Below, one piece after another: positions 25,326-40,167 of a DNA stretch of 64,000 nt (positions within the stretch are counted from its first letter, which is position 1; each line of letters begins with the position of its first letter). Source of the stretch: the human T2T-CHM13v2.0 reference genome, Homo sapiens; NCBI RefSeq assembly GCF_009914755.1, contig NC_060936.1; one strand, 5' to 3'. The notes beneath the pieces are model-generated. The model was given only the letters and a program-made list of their open reading frames with translations. It did not search any database and was not told where the DNA came from. A program made the position numbers and the translations under genes.

Positions 25326-27513
25326 TATTCCAAGATTTTGGTTTTAATTTTTTTGAAATTATGTGATAATTGTAATTTTTCTTTGGTGATTAGTGTTAAC
25401 GGTTGCATGGAATAAGAAGTTTGAATCTTTTAAATTATTAAAAAAATCTCATTAACTTAGGAAAAGTAGGGTTTTTCCTAACTAAAATAAAAATGTAATG
25501 AATTCCATTTCTTTCAAGTATTCAGCAACATTTATATTGATAAATATTTAAATATTATCATTTTGGTTGCTAACAGTTCCTTTTGTCTGAATTTTAAACC
25601 ATTATCTGTAATTATATATATATATGACATTACTTTACTGTGAAAAAAAGATTTTAGAAAAAGTTTGCCTTGAGCAATCTTTTCCTCAAAAGAATTAATG
25701 ATATTTTAATATTCTTGTAAAAAACTAATTAAATATCCATATATAAAATAATGTCTGAAAACTAAGGATAGTAAAAATATGCATTATACAGATTAAAATG
25801 GGTGAAAACTGAACCCCCCCAAACACATTTATATTTACAATGCCATGGAATTTGTTATGTTTTTATGACACAGAGTTGATGATTTTTATTGTTTTGGTTG
25901 CATATTTGTTACTGGTATGTTTGTAAGGGCACACATTACATGGATAAGAAGGAAATTCATTTCGAGTACCAAATGCTATCCATGCAATTTGCCAAGAAAA
26001 AAATATACTTTTTGCATTTGAGACAAAATACAATCCATATTTATTTCATGAGCTTAGGAATTTTAAGGGGTCACTTCTATAGGAGAGTTCCAAGGGAGTT
26101 AGGAATCTGGCCTGTGATTTTTACTTTTGGCAGTGGCTTCTGAAATAAAACACAATCGCTTATAATATTTCAAAAAGTTATCCATCATCCACAATGTAAA
26201 GTACAATATTTAAAACTCTGGAGTATGGCTTGAAAAATTCACTGTTCATGGGAGGTGGAAAACATGAAAAGAAAATGAAAATGGGAAACAGGGGGTTTAA
26301 GCCGAATTGGGTTCCATGTGGATAAGGAATTTGACTCAAAATACAAATGTTCCAGGAAATGTTTGGTGAGGACTGTGTAGTTAATTAAGATTTCCAGAAG
26401 TTCAACAATGCCTCAGGTTCTCAGGAGGTAGAATGCATATAACCACCAACTTAAAGTTAATATCTAAGACCAGCTATTTACATACAATAGTTTAATAGAG
26501 ATTTACCAGAAGAATTGGTGAGAAAACAGTTCTGTTGAAGATAGATTGGGAACTCACAGCCATATTTTATTACACTATCTCATTGTGGTTTTTCACACTG
26601 TGGGAATTGGACTTCCAGAACTAGGGGAGCCTCTCCACTTTCATTTCAGTCTGACCACTTTTCTTCAGGGAAGGCAAAGGTTCACAAATCAAGTTTGTTC
26701 ATGTTAAACCCCAGGAAGAGATTTAAAAAGAAAATCTTGCTACATAAGCATCCACAATGTAAAGTACAATATTTTATATGTTATATCCATATAACAATAA
26801 CTGTTCTACCAAAAGCCCAAGCCAAACAAAATCTAACAAAGTCTCATTAAGTATTCAACTGGATATGCAGTGCTTAGCAGAGAAGTTGCCTTAAATAATT
26901 CTGCTATGATTTCCTACTGAAGGAGATGCAAAGTTCTTTACCCTGACCTAAGTTCATAAACCTTTTGTGTTGACTGACTGGCATTGCAGGTTGGCAGGAT
27001 ATTTCTTCCAATTTACTTTCACTGCAGTTATAAAAAGTATAGATCCTCACTCTTATTTTTAAATGAACAAGTGTATGTCATTCACAATAAAATAATATCA
27101 GTCAGCCCAGCAAAGAATGAGAAGTCAGTTTCACAAGTAATTGAGATCTCTTTTCAGTCTTTTAGAGAGGGGAGAATAAAATTTCAGTGCAATTGTAATT
27201 TCCTTTAATTCATGCAAATCTTAGCATATTTTATCATATTCATAAACTTTCCTTGGGATTCAGTTAATTCCTAAGTTGCCACCTTAGATACTATATTGTA
27301 AGGCCCTGGAAACTACTACTGTAAACGTGTTTCAGAAACAATCTAACACATAACTCCTACTTTAAAATTATTCAGTTTTGTCTAAGAGAAATATATAGTC
27401 CTTTGAGATATGGCTTTTGGCCTCCAGGGCAAAGGTTTTATGACAGTAATTTTTTAGGCTTAAGGAAATCAGATGTGGCTTTCTTAGAACAACAGTGTTT
27501 TGGGTGATGAAAA

Positions 27514-27623
27514 GACGAGTTAGTGGGTGCAGCGCACCAGCATGGCACATGTATACGTATGTTACTAACCTGCACAATGTGCACATGTGCCCTAAAACTT
27601 AAAGTATAATTAAAAAAAAAAAA
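27514..27623 (+). mobile_element. L1PA2 extreme 3' stub with poly-A
   Basis: gacGAGttagtgggtgcagcgcaccagcatggcacatg…cacaatgtgcacatg…cttaAagtataat: GAG and A states rather than the L1HS-Ta ACA and G states. Confidence 0.9.
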
Positions 27624-27997
27624 TCAAAGTGAAAAAAAAAAAATCAAAGTCCTTTGGAGCCCAATTCCTTCTTTGTGAATTATGTAATACATGCATAGGA
27701 ATGGAATCCTAGCATGAGCAGTAAAACAAGCATTTCCCATGCTTTCAAATGCAAAAAAAAAAAAAAAAAAAAAAGACTAAATTGATAATCTTTTTGCTAT
27801 ATCTTTCTAATTTTCAAGAAATTATTTAAAATGATAATTTTGCCCTGAATTTGAACCCTGGCATGCCTCATAATTCTCATTTTTTAATTTTCTCCTTATC
27901 ACACCATCACAATTTTGATTATCTTTTGTTCCTTAGTTCCATCACAAGTTGCATCAACTTCTGGTAGTAAGTAAAGCACAATTAAAATATTTCCCTG

Positions 27998-28290
27998 TAT
28001 GTTAAAAAGAATGTGGTAGCTATATATGAACTGATAATGAAATAGCCTCAAGATTTATTAAGTGGAAAAAGCAAAGGGAAGAATATTGTAAGTAGCATGC
28101 TTCTACTTTTGTAGCCAAACGTGTAAAATATATATTTGTTTGTATGTGTGTACATATGCACTATTTATGCATAAATCATCTTTGGTAGGATACATAAGAA
28201 AATGATAACAGTGATTGTCTCCAGGAAAGAAAGGACAACTAAGAAACTTAAGGATCAAGGGTAGAGATGGGCTTCCTTTACTTTTATATA
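27998..28290 (+). mobile_element. Ancient L1ME-type 3' fragment
   Basis: ttaaaaagaatgtggtagct…ttaagtggaaaaagcaa…aggatacataagaaaatgataacagtgattgtctcc. Confidence 0.65.
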
Positions 28291-28470
28291 TAATATATAC
28301 ATATATATACATTTTATGTTTGTATTTTATTTATAATTTTATATGCTATATGCACATATATACATTATGTATACAAAAGTGAAGTATATATATAAATATA
28401 CAACACATATATATTCACTTTGTATTGTTTTATATTGTTTAGGCTTTTTATAATGTATATTATTAAAAAT
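28285..28470. repeat. TA-rich low-complexity tract
   Basis: Directly visible. Confidence 0.85.
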
Positions 28471-31400
28471 TAGCAAACCTCTATTAAAATGTTGCTGAGG
28501 TTTAAATAATAACTGTTACACCCTTTTCATATTTGATTTAGAAATAGCCATCTCTAAAGTAGTGCTACACCAAAGCAGATAGTCATAAGTATCCAAACAA
28601 TTAATGCTTATATTTATTTTTTTATTTTTGCTAAACAAGATTGCTAGATAATATTTCCTTTTTGTTTAATGTTTTCTGGGTATAGATGCAGATGTGAATG
28701 CCTAAAGTCAGTTTTAAAATTTTAAATAGAGCTCTGCATGATTTTAAAGCCAAATGGGCAGGGTTGCTGGCAGTTTCTCATATGATTTTGAGTGGCAATG
28801 AACGTAGCATTCCAGTAATTCTTAATCAAGCTCTTTTAATTGTCCTAAAAGGGAAATAAAGGACTTGAGGATCAAAACTATCCTTCATAGAGTGGGCAGA
28901 CTTGATCAATTTGGCCTGAATTACTTGGCTGTACCCTACAATATTCATATGGTGTATGTCTGTCTGTGGAAACATGCAGAAGAGTCACTTAAAAGCATAA
29001 CATTGCAAAATTCCATTAATTCCTTTCTTTATCACAGAGAAATTTGTCCCGAGCATTCATTTGCTTCAGCTGAGAGATTCAGCTTGAAGCCATAACCATG
29101 ATTGTCTCCTATGTAGTAGAGAAAATTAGCACGTGGTTGCAAAATCATATAGCTCTGTGGTATTTACATGGTTATAATTGATTAAAATCTTTCCCAGATT
29201 AAAAAAAGGAACCGTGTATCTTTCTTCTTTTTTTTCCTATTTGTACAGATGATTATATGCACCCATCTACATGACCCTCTCTTGCTTAGCCAAACTTGAC
29301 TAGAAGTTTTGTGAGTTTTTGTCTAGTCTTCTCTATTATCATATGGCATCTGTCATGAAGACACTATTTTATGAGTTAAATTAATGCCATTTATATTCTG
29401 GTCAAATGCTAAGAAATCTGGAATGGTTGAACTAATAAAATCAGCTTATACATCTCTCTTAAGAGCAAATTATTTAAGCAATGTTTCAACATTGCAAGTA
29501 GACTGTCATGTTGTATTGTGAAAAAATGAAGCAGAGACAGTTAAATAACAAATGAAATATGACCTCTGCTGAATTCCCTGGACATTTACAATCTGCTACA
29601 TAAGCAATAGGATGCATAATTTAGAGTTGCTATTACCTTCTGTCCAGATATTCATGAAAGCCTATTTGGTTTTAAATTGTTGGGGCTGGGAAGGGGGTAG
29701 ATTATTGAAAAAACAGAAATCTTAGGGGAGGCTATAAAGAAACTTCCTGAAATCTTAAGTAATTTTCATGAAGGTTTATTTACTATTCTATATTTTATCA
29801 TTTTCTATGTTTAGAGTCCACAATTGTAAAAATTAAGCTTTCTTTTGAGCAACTAGAAGAATAGTCCCTACTCCGCAATGCTAAAATCAATGTGAATACA
29901 TATTAGGTAGGATTTCAACCATTTTTTCAATTGATATAGCTTTTTTGTCTAAAATACCTTTAAAATAAATACTATCGAAAGTCAAGAAGGTATTCCACAC
30001 ACACATGAATATACTTTTCTACTTTCTCATTTCTGTCATGTTTTCTAATTTTTCCAATAGATAATATTGTGATAGTTACTTTAAATCACAGGCAAATGCA
30101 GTTCTGAGATTTCTACAGATGTGGGACACACATTAAAATGAATTTTTTTTTTTTGGTCATGGGTCTTTGAAGAGTGCTGAATAATGTAATAGTCCTCTAA
30201 TTTCATGTTCTATATCATTAAAATAATGGTTTTTAATGTTTTTAAGTTAAATATATAGAAGAGAGCAGTTAATCAGCTAATTCAAGGGAAGTTTGGTGTG
30301 ACGTTTTAATTATCTAAAGTTTAATGACAAAGATGATGAGCTATCTTGCCTTTCTTGAATCAGTTCTGCTTGTCAACAAGATGAATTTGTTTTGAGTTTT
30401 GTAATGCCAGAAGAGTTTTGGGGGAGGTGAAGGGAAAGTTGGAGGATCATCTATAACTGATGCTGAATCCACTGCGGCCAGGCTGCAGAATCAGTTGAAT
30501 AATTTGAAAGTGTTTATTTTGGCTTGATGTTTTGTTCTGAGATGGAATGAAAGGAGAAAACGTTTATTAAGTTAATAATCCTTTCTGTAACCCTTCCCAG
30601 CAAGGTCTAATGGGTGTGCCAAGCAAATGATAACAAAAAATTATAAAAAAGGGAGCATCATTGTTCTCTTTCTGTTTGAATTTATCAATAAATGAAAGCC
30701 TGAAGGGAAAGTATCATTTCATCGGTGGTGATATGTGACCTTCTTCTTAAAACATTATTTTGATTAAACAATAGCTTATCTAATGTTTCCATATTAATCA
30801 GGCAGAAGTTTCTTGGATGAAGCAACTGTTTATTTTAGGACCTGAATAGGGAAAGGATGAAGGAGGATACTGTCATATTCAATTTTAGAAGGTCATGTAA
30901 GCTTCATCTTTTTTCACTCATCTTGAAAAAAAAATGGAATAAAGTGTTCCATTTCGTTATTTCTATACTATTAAACACTGCTAGTTACATTCTGAGTTCC
31001 CATTCTTCTTGGTTAATAAAAACTTTTTGTCCATGACTTGATGAACTGTATGCATATATTTAAGGAATTTTGATGTCTTAAAAATCTTTGTTAAATTATT
31101 TGCAGCTGCTCAGACCAATCCAACAAGTTTATATTTAAAATGAAAGGGCTGGGGATGCCAACTGTCCAAATATTACAGAAAGGAAATGCAAAGTGTAAAC
31201 AAACAATTCTGCCATAGATATGCGGATCAGAATACATATTTGTATGAAAAGGTTAATTTTTAACTTATCTCAAGATTGTTACAATAAACCGTCTATATTT
31301 GAAATTGTAGAAGTTCAAGTCCCTTCAGCAGATGTTAGGCGAATATTTTCTGACTACTAGTTTAACTTTACAGACCACCAGATATTTTTGGTCACTTAGT

Positions 31401-32589
31401 ATTTCCATCTTTATAGTCACTATTTGATGGACAAATTTTTGAAGTCTTCATAATTATTTCAGCTATTATTTCCTATAATATAAATAAAAAAACAAATAAA
31501 ATTCTCCTATATTTTCTTGTACCATAAGTCATTCCACAGGACATTTTTGCAAGATAATTTTAAAATTTATTGGACTGAGTCTTGACACATCTAACTGCAA
31601 TTTTCTCTTTGCTATGATTTCTTGATTCATTGACAGAAATGTTTACGGAATTCATCCAGTTAGCAATATTTCTGTAATCTCTAAGTCCTTTTAAGTGAAG
31701 TTTGAATTTCTTACAATGAAAAAAAAAATGGAAATCTATATAACCACAAAGAGGCTTGTTTTAAGGCTACTCTGAGAATAAGATAATCCTTTGAAAGGTA
31801 GGGAAATCTAGAGTTAAGACAAAAATAGCTACTTAAAGACAGTTTACTCAAATTATTTTCATTCTTTGTTTTTATAATAGGGTTATAAAATCAGAAAATG
31901 AAAGTTATTTGAGGGAGTCATACAGGGCAATCAAGTTAATAGTAAGACATCTCCAATTTCTCAAACACTATATTTTATCTCAGCTGCAACTGTAAAAATA
32001 CAACTTTTATGGCAGAGATTATAATATAAATGGGGAAAGACTGGTGCACAGTTTTGGTACATCACACACAATAAAAGCCTAAACATGAAGATTCATTTAA
32101 ATCCTGTGATCAGGGCACCCCCAATTTGGTTTGTACTTTCACCATTCTATAGCTTCTTCCTTCACCCCTTATTTATATTTTCTTTCTTTTTCTTTCCATT
32201 TTCAGTCTTTTCCTGCATTCTGCCAACTTGTATTTTTCCTAACCTGTAAGTCCCTCATCTTCTCAGCAGTAGGGCCCAATGATTCACAAATGCATTTAAC
32301 TATGATAGTAAAATTTGTTAAAACATACCTTGTTATGATATGGCTTTGGGTGCATTTCATGTCAAATAATTCTGATTTAAACCCCCTTTAAAAGTATCAC
32401 ATGTACACTAGCATATATCCACTGCAATAATTTCCCTGGTGCAATAGGATGTAGGGCCTTGCCTTCCCAATGTCACCCTACATAGTAAATAAATATTTAT
32501 GGAGCTTTGATGCAAGGAGGCATAGTTTCTGAGATGACTGAGAAGCAAAGATTATGTAAATTCTTGAGGCTAACTTGACTAGAAATAGA

Positions 32590-32930
32590 CTTCTCTCAGG
32601 AATATATTCCAATAAAGTCTCTGCTCAATTTTTAAGCAAACTTTTTTCCTATTTGAAGTCCCCTCTGTCCATCTACCATGCATCATATTGCCCAGTTAAA
32701 ATTTCCTCATCATAGGTACATTAATCTGTAGTTCTCCTATTAATTTATTTGTTGTTTTTGTTGTCCTTGTTGTTGTTGTTTTTTCCTTTAAACAATGTAT
32801 GCTTGATGAGGGAAGAAGTGTTACCTGCCTTGTTCTTTTTGATTCTTGATACTAGAATGTTTGGAGTAGTGTCTTGCACAAAGTTAATGGTCAGTAAATA
32901 CCTATTCAAATAATGAATTAATGAGTGAGC
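32590..32930 (+). mobile_element. L2 3' end
   Basis: gcttgatgagggaag…agtgtcttgcacaaagttaatggtcagtaaatacctattcaaataatgaattaatgagtga. Confidence 0.65.
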
Positions 32931-33717
32931 TGACCCAGAAGTATCTCCACAAAGGTACAGAGCATTTACTCTTCTCTAGGATTAGCCTCCTGGAATTGGG
33001 CATATTTTATGTTTTATTCTAATCACTTATGGGCATTAAATGTAACCTTGTAAGATCTATGAGAAAAGCATTTGTATTGGCAATAAATGAGGAATTCAGG
33101 TAAAATATAAATAGTGGGTGAGGGAATCTAAGGTATGTTTATTACGTTAGCTTCATCTGTAAAAATAGATAGTTTTACTAAAATTTATTCATTCTACATT
33201 TCAGAACTCTTGTAGTTTATGTAGATGTGTCTGTATATTATTATACTTTTATTTTACTTTAAAGCGAGAGAAAAGACTGATATGTGAAAGGTTTCTATTG
33301 AATAAGAAAGAAAAACAGATGATTTCCTTTACCCTCATAATGTCTATAAGGTACCACATATTTCAAGCCCTCTTCTAACACACATAATGGAACTTGTTTT
33401 TATTGCCTAGTCATCTGTTATTACAAATATATTTTCAAAGGGAGAATTTGAGGTTCTTTTAAACTATAGCTGTCTTTGAAATATAAGAACATATCCTCAT
33501 TAATTAATGTTTAACCCCTTTGAAATCTATGTGGTTACTGCTGTTTGCAGTAATTAAAAAATTAATTTTGTTTGAGTTTTCTACTTATTATAATTTAAGA
33601 CAATATTGTTAAGAATAATATTTAGGGTATTTAGACGTTCTAACATAATGTATTTAACAACAAACAAATGAACAAAATTTCTATATAACTCCCTATAATA
33701 TAAAACAATTCGTTGCT

Positions 33718-33810
33718 TCTCTCTCTCTCTCTACATATATATATGCATATACACATATACTACATATATATGCATATACACGTATATATGCGTGTGTGTG
33801 TGTGTGTGTG
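33718..33810. repeat. Compound (CT)n-(TA/CA)n-(TG)n microsatellite
   Basis: Directly visible; includes a duplicated ctacatatatatgcatatacac unit. Confidence 0.9.
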
Positions 33811-34482
33811 GTCGTTCTAATTTTTTTAGTGGCTACTCTGAAACAAACTTTGCCATTTCCTGTTTTTCCTAAGATTTGTGATTATTTTGAACATAGTGGG
33901 TAATCAACATACTTTAAAAAAATGCATGACAAAAGAGCCTGCTGCTCTTATAATGTTACCCATTGACCTCACATTATAAGTTTTTTTTTCAACCAGCCAC
34001 CAAAACAATATGAGATGGCATTTTTCCAATATTAGTTTACCAAATATACTTTGCAAAGAGTAATTAATAAAATTTCTAAGCACATAGTTCAAAAGCAGAA
34101 AATAACTTTACAAAAAGCAAAAATCCCAATCTACAACAGAAAAATAATTCTTGAATGCATCTATACTATTTTTAAATGATTATTCAAAATTGATAAAATA
34201 TAAATAGTGGTAGAGGAATTGAGTGGGTGTTCGAATATTTTCTTTTTACATTCTATTGAAGAATTGAAAGTGAATACATTAGTCTTAAGGTTTAATTTGA
34301 ATGAGTTTGAAAGTTCATACAATGTTAGTGGATACAAGAATGCAGTTTTTAAAAAGAACTTACTACATCACAAATGTGTTAACTTGAGTGCCTGCTGGCT
34401 CATGTAGACTCCAGAGGCCCCCTGGTCTATGCAGCCACAGAGGTAACTTTGATTTGAATCAGAAGACTCACATGATCCAGCC

Positions 34483-34552
34483 ACCAAACATTTCCTCCTA
34501 TCCCACATCAAGACTAAACCAAACATTTCCTCCTATCCCACATCAAGACTAA
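34483..34552. repeat. Perfect 35-bp tandem duplication
   Basis: accaaacatttcctcctatcccacatcaagactaa x2. Confidence 0.97.
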
Positions 34553-35069
34553 TAAATAAGATTTTATAGTTTAATTACAATCACACATGAATTTTAAGAA
34601 GTGACTTGTGACAAATTTACTCTGCTAATGTTACAAGAAGTGTGCCCTTTGATTAGGATTTAAAACCTCATATGTTTGAAGCATGAATGAATGGTATATC
34701 GTAACTGTATATTGTTCTTGTATAACTTCATGAATAACTTGAATAACATTCAAATGGAAATAAATCCTCTTATCATCCAATCAAAGCTTAGATCTATAGT
34801 CAAATTCTTCCATGAAATAACATGAAACATCCAACCCTAATGAAAATAAATTTTTGAAAACCTCTCAAATATACTTACATATACTTACTTTCATCTTTAA
34901 TGTAATTAGATTCAGGCTTGTAGAATATTCTAGAGTATTAGAATGAACTGTGAAAGGCTCCAAGCATGACAAGGAGGCCATCTCTAGAGTTGTGACACTA
35001 AACACTTTGGTAGACCCAATGGTGAATAAAAGCTAAAACACTCAAGTAACTAGTCTGAGTTACTGTAGT

Positions 35070-35756
<687 letters not shown>

Positions 35757-36466
35757 GTAGTATAGCAAAAAATTACTTTCATTGTGTTAGAGTGGACCAG
35801 AAAGTAATAATGTGACCCTATGCCTCAGGCTCCAAACCGTGTACAAAGTAAGAAACCTGCAGTTCTGGACTGCACTGACCTAGTAGATTGCTGGGCAAGG
35901 GCCCCTCAAGTATGGACAAATCTGAGTAAATCACTAGGGAGGATTAGAAAGGGAAGTGGACTTACACCAGATACTGTCCCACATCTCAGGCACATGGTCT
36001 GAATTGTAGATTTGGTGGTTCTATTATAAACCAAAGTGGAAGTGATCTTAGCCAAGTTTGAATCATTTTCTTCCAGTCAAACCTTGCTGTTTGTTCTAAC
36101 TTCAGCTATTAAAATTAGGAAGAAGTTGAGAATACAGGAGCAGCTTACTAGGCTTCAAGTGTGAAGAGAAATAATCAGGGCATATGTTCCTGTATATAAA
36201 AATGGGCCCTCCTAAAACAACAACAACAACAACAACAAAAACCCTTCCATGAAACTTGGTTAAATAATTGTATGAGTGCCTTAAATGTTACTTAATATAT
36301 ATTAATATTGTTAATATAATAACGTATGTTATTCTATTTTATCTTATTTTATTTTACTTTGAACTAAGAGGAAAAAACTGATGTGTGAAAAGTTTCTCTT
36401 GAATAAGAAAGAAAAATAGATGATTCCCTTTAATAGATTTGAAAACTGTCATTGCAGACCAGTGCA

Positions 36467-37104
<638 letters not shown>

Positions 37105-37149
37105 TTAATATGGGGGAAACAAGGTCAAATGGAAAGAAAGCTGGGCTAT

Positions 37150-37300
37150 AGGCAGGGCTGATTCAGTTCTTAGATTTACCTCTTAGCCCTGTGACCTAGG
37201 ATGAATTGCCTAACCTAAGCCTTGATTCCCCAACTATTATGAGGGTTCGATCAAATAATAATATAAAGTTCTCGAGAGATAGTAAGTAAATATTCTATTG
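37150..37300 (+). mobile_element. MIR fragment
   Basis: ctcttagccctgtgacctaggatgaattgcctaacctaagccttgattcccc. Confidence 0.6.
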
Positions 37301-37589
37301 GGGGCAAGGTTTTTGAGTCATTAATAAATATTAAGTAAAAACAATTTTGAATTGAAAAATGTGTTATGGAAGTAATAATTTTTACAAAACAAGGCATTCA
37401 ATGCAATCAATCTTATTGCCCACTATAATTGCGCATAATATATCATTAAGTAAATGAAAATTTGTCTTAATGCATATGACCCTACTCATGTCAACTATTT
37501 GGAACATGACATGTCTGTTCTCTTCTCAAGAATTTTTGGAAATTCCATTTCTGCAGTTTCCTTCCATTACTCTTAACCTCGTTAACTCT

Positions 37590-37905
37590 TACTAACTTCC
37601 AGACCTCAGTTCAAGCTTTACTTTCTCAGGGCCAGCTTCCATGACTCCTTGTCCCCACCCCCAATTCTAGATCCGTTTCTTTTGCTTTATGCTCACTTGT
37701 AATATCATGTTCCTTTCATTCAGAGCCCTTATTCAATTTTTAATAATATATTTATTGTTTTAATTATCTGTTGAATATCTTTCTTCTCCTTTAGACAATA
37801 TGCTTTATGCAGAGAAAACCTGGTTTGACCCACTAGTGTATTTCTAATGTGTAACACATACAAGGCATGCAATAACTATGTCATGAATGAATGAATTAAT
37901 GCATG
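37590..37905 (+). mobile_element. L2 3' end
   Basis: agacctcagttcaagc…ttagacaatatgcttt…atgaatgaatgaattaatg. Confidence 0.75.
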
Positions 37906-38079
37906 ACGCATATGTTCAATTCTGTTTTACCTATCATTTTTGCATTGGATTATGAGATAAACACATGCTCTTTTGTTGTTACTCAACTCAAATTTTATGT
38001 CTACAAAATTTACCAAGGAATTATCTAAATGTTACTGCAATATAAAAATGCAAAAGTAGTTGTATAAAAGTTTCTAATA

Positions 38080-38394
<315 letters not shown>

Positions 38395-39278
38395 CTACAT
38401 CTCTAAAATTTCAAGCAAGAATATATAGGGGACAAATTGGTATGCTTTAAGAGATTGACGTATCCAGAATAAAGCCTAGAAAATTTGAACATTTTGTTTT
38501 TTATTAGTTAGACATTTAGGAATCGGGATAAAAGAGAAATACTGGGGTTAAAATGAGATTTTAACAACTCAGAAAATCAATTATTCTTGCTGCTTCTGTT
38601 ACAGATGCTGGAGAATGTGTGGATGAGAATCTACCACACACTGGGGAAAGAAAAGGAAGTGAACAGAGTGGGAAAAAGAGACATGTTCAAGGAGAATTGG
38701 GAAGAGGAAGAAAGACAGTGGGAAATCTGACTAGAAGAATCTAATCCATGAGGATCTTATAAACTGAGAAAGGGGGAGGGTTTAAATTGAATTGTGAAAA
38801 GCACAGGTTATTTGCATGAAATCCAAGAGCAGTCATCATCCACAACGTAGAAGCAAAGTGAAAGCCTAAGTAAACATTTGTTCATTTTAACACCAAGGAC
38901 TTGTTCTATCCTTAAAGTTTTCCTGGAGACAACAGGGAGGTAAAGAGATTAAAAAATTGTACACATGCATGCACAGGCATGTACACACTCACACGCAAGA
39001 CAGAGATACATGAAGAATGAAATAAGCACATGAAAGTAACCGGCCCATCATAGGAGGCCCACTTATTTCAGCTCTTGAATCTAAGCATTTACAAGGGAAC
39101 ATGTCTGTGCTTAACTTTACTCCCTAGTGGCTTATACTTAATTTAAGAAAGCAAAATTTACATGAAATACATTCCAATAGAGATCTAAAAGGATAAATTT
39201 CATGTGAGAAATAACTTCTCTAAGTCAGCATATAAGAAGAAGAAAAAAATTAGTAAAAGATTGCTTTTGAAATTTTCT

Positions 39279-40167
39279 ATTTTTAAAATTTTATTTATTA
39301 TACTTTAAGTTCTGGGATACATGTGCAGAATGTGCAGGTTTGTTATATAGGTAGACACGTGCCATAATTATTTGCTGCACCCATCAATCCATCATCTACA
39401 TTAGGTATTTCTCTTAATGTTATCCCTCCCCTAATCCCCATCCCCCAACAGGCCCAGGTGTGCAATGTTCCCCTCCCTGTGTCCATTTGTTCTCATTGTT
39501 CAACTCTCACTTATGAGTGAGAACATGCAGTGTTTGGTTTTCTGTTCCTGTGTTAGTTTGCTGAGAATGATAGTTTCTAGCTTTATCTATGTCCCTGCAA
39601 AGGACATGAACTCATCCTTTTTTATGGCTGCATAGTATTCCATGGTGTATATGTGCCACATTTTCTTTGTCCAGTCTATCATTGATGGGCATTTGGGTTG
39701 GTTCCAAGTCTTTGCTATTGTGAACAGTGCTGCAGTAAACATACATGTGCATGTGTCTTTATAGTAGATTGATTGATAATCCATTGGGTACGTACCCAGT
39801 AATGGCATTGCTGGGTCAAATGGTATTTCTGGTTCTAGATCCTTGAGGAATTGCCCCACTGTCTTCCACAATGGTTGAACTAATTTACACTCCCACCAAC
39901 AGTGTAAAAGCATTCTTATTTCTCCACATCCTCTCCAGCATCTGTACTTTCCTGACTTTTTAGTGACCGCCATTCTAACTGGCATGAGATGGTATCTAAT
40001 TGTGGTTTTGATTTGGGTTTCTCTAATGACCGGTGATGATGAGCTTTTTTTCATATGTTCGTCGGCTGCACAAATGTCTTCTTTTGAGAAGTGTCTGTTC
40101 ATATACTTCACCCACTTTTTGATGGGGTTGTGTTTTTTTTCTTGTAAATTTGTTTAAGTTCTTTGTA
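39279..40167 (-). mobile_element. 5'-truncated L1PA (L1PA6/7-like), about 0.9 kb
   Basis: Minus ORF 39587-40111 is the ORF2p C-terminus (CWRGCGE…HCWWECKLVQPLWK), followed by 3'UTR. TSD ttgaaattttct (39267-39278 / 40178-40189). Confidence 0.95.

Noticed and set aside
27753-27774. Orphan poly-A tracts (also 63955-63974) as possible processed-pseudogene tails
   Set aside because: No upstream mRNA-like body, poly-A signal or TSD seen.
38604-38730. Plus-strand acceptor followed by a purine-rich 41-codon ORF (MLENVW…)
   Set aside because: No convincing donor, unrecognised peptide, and composition compatible with decayed repeat sequence.
39587-40111. 174-aa ORF with real protein similarity
   Set aside because: C-terminal fragment of L1 ORF2p in a 5'-truncated element; not a host gene.
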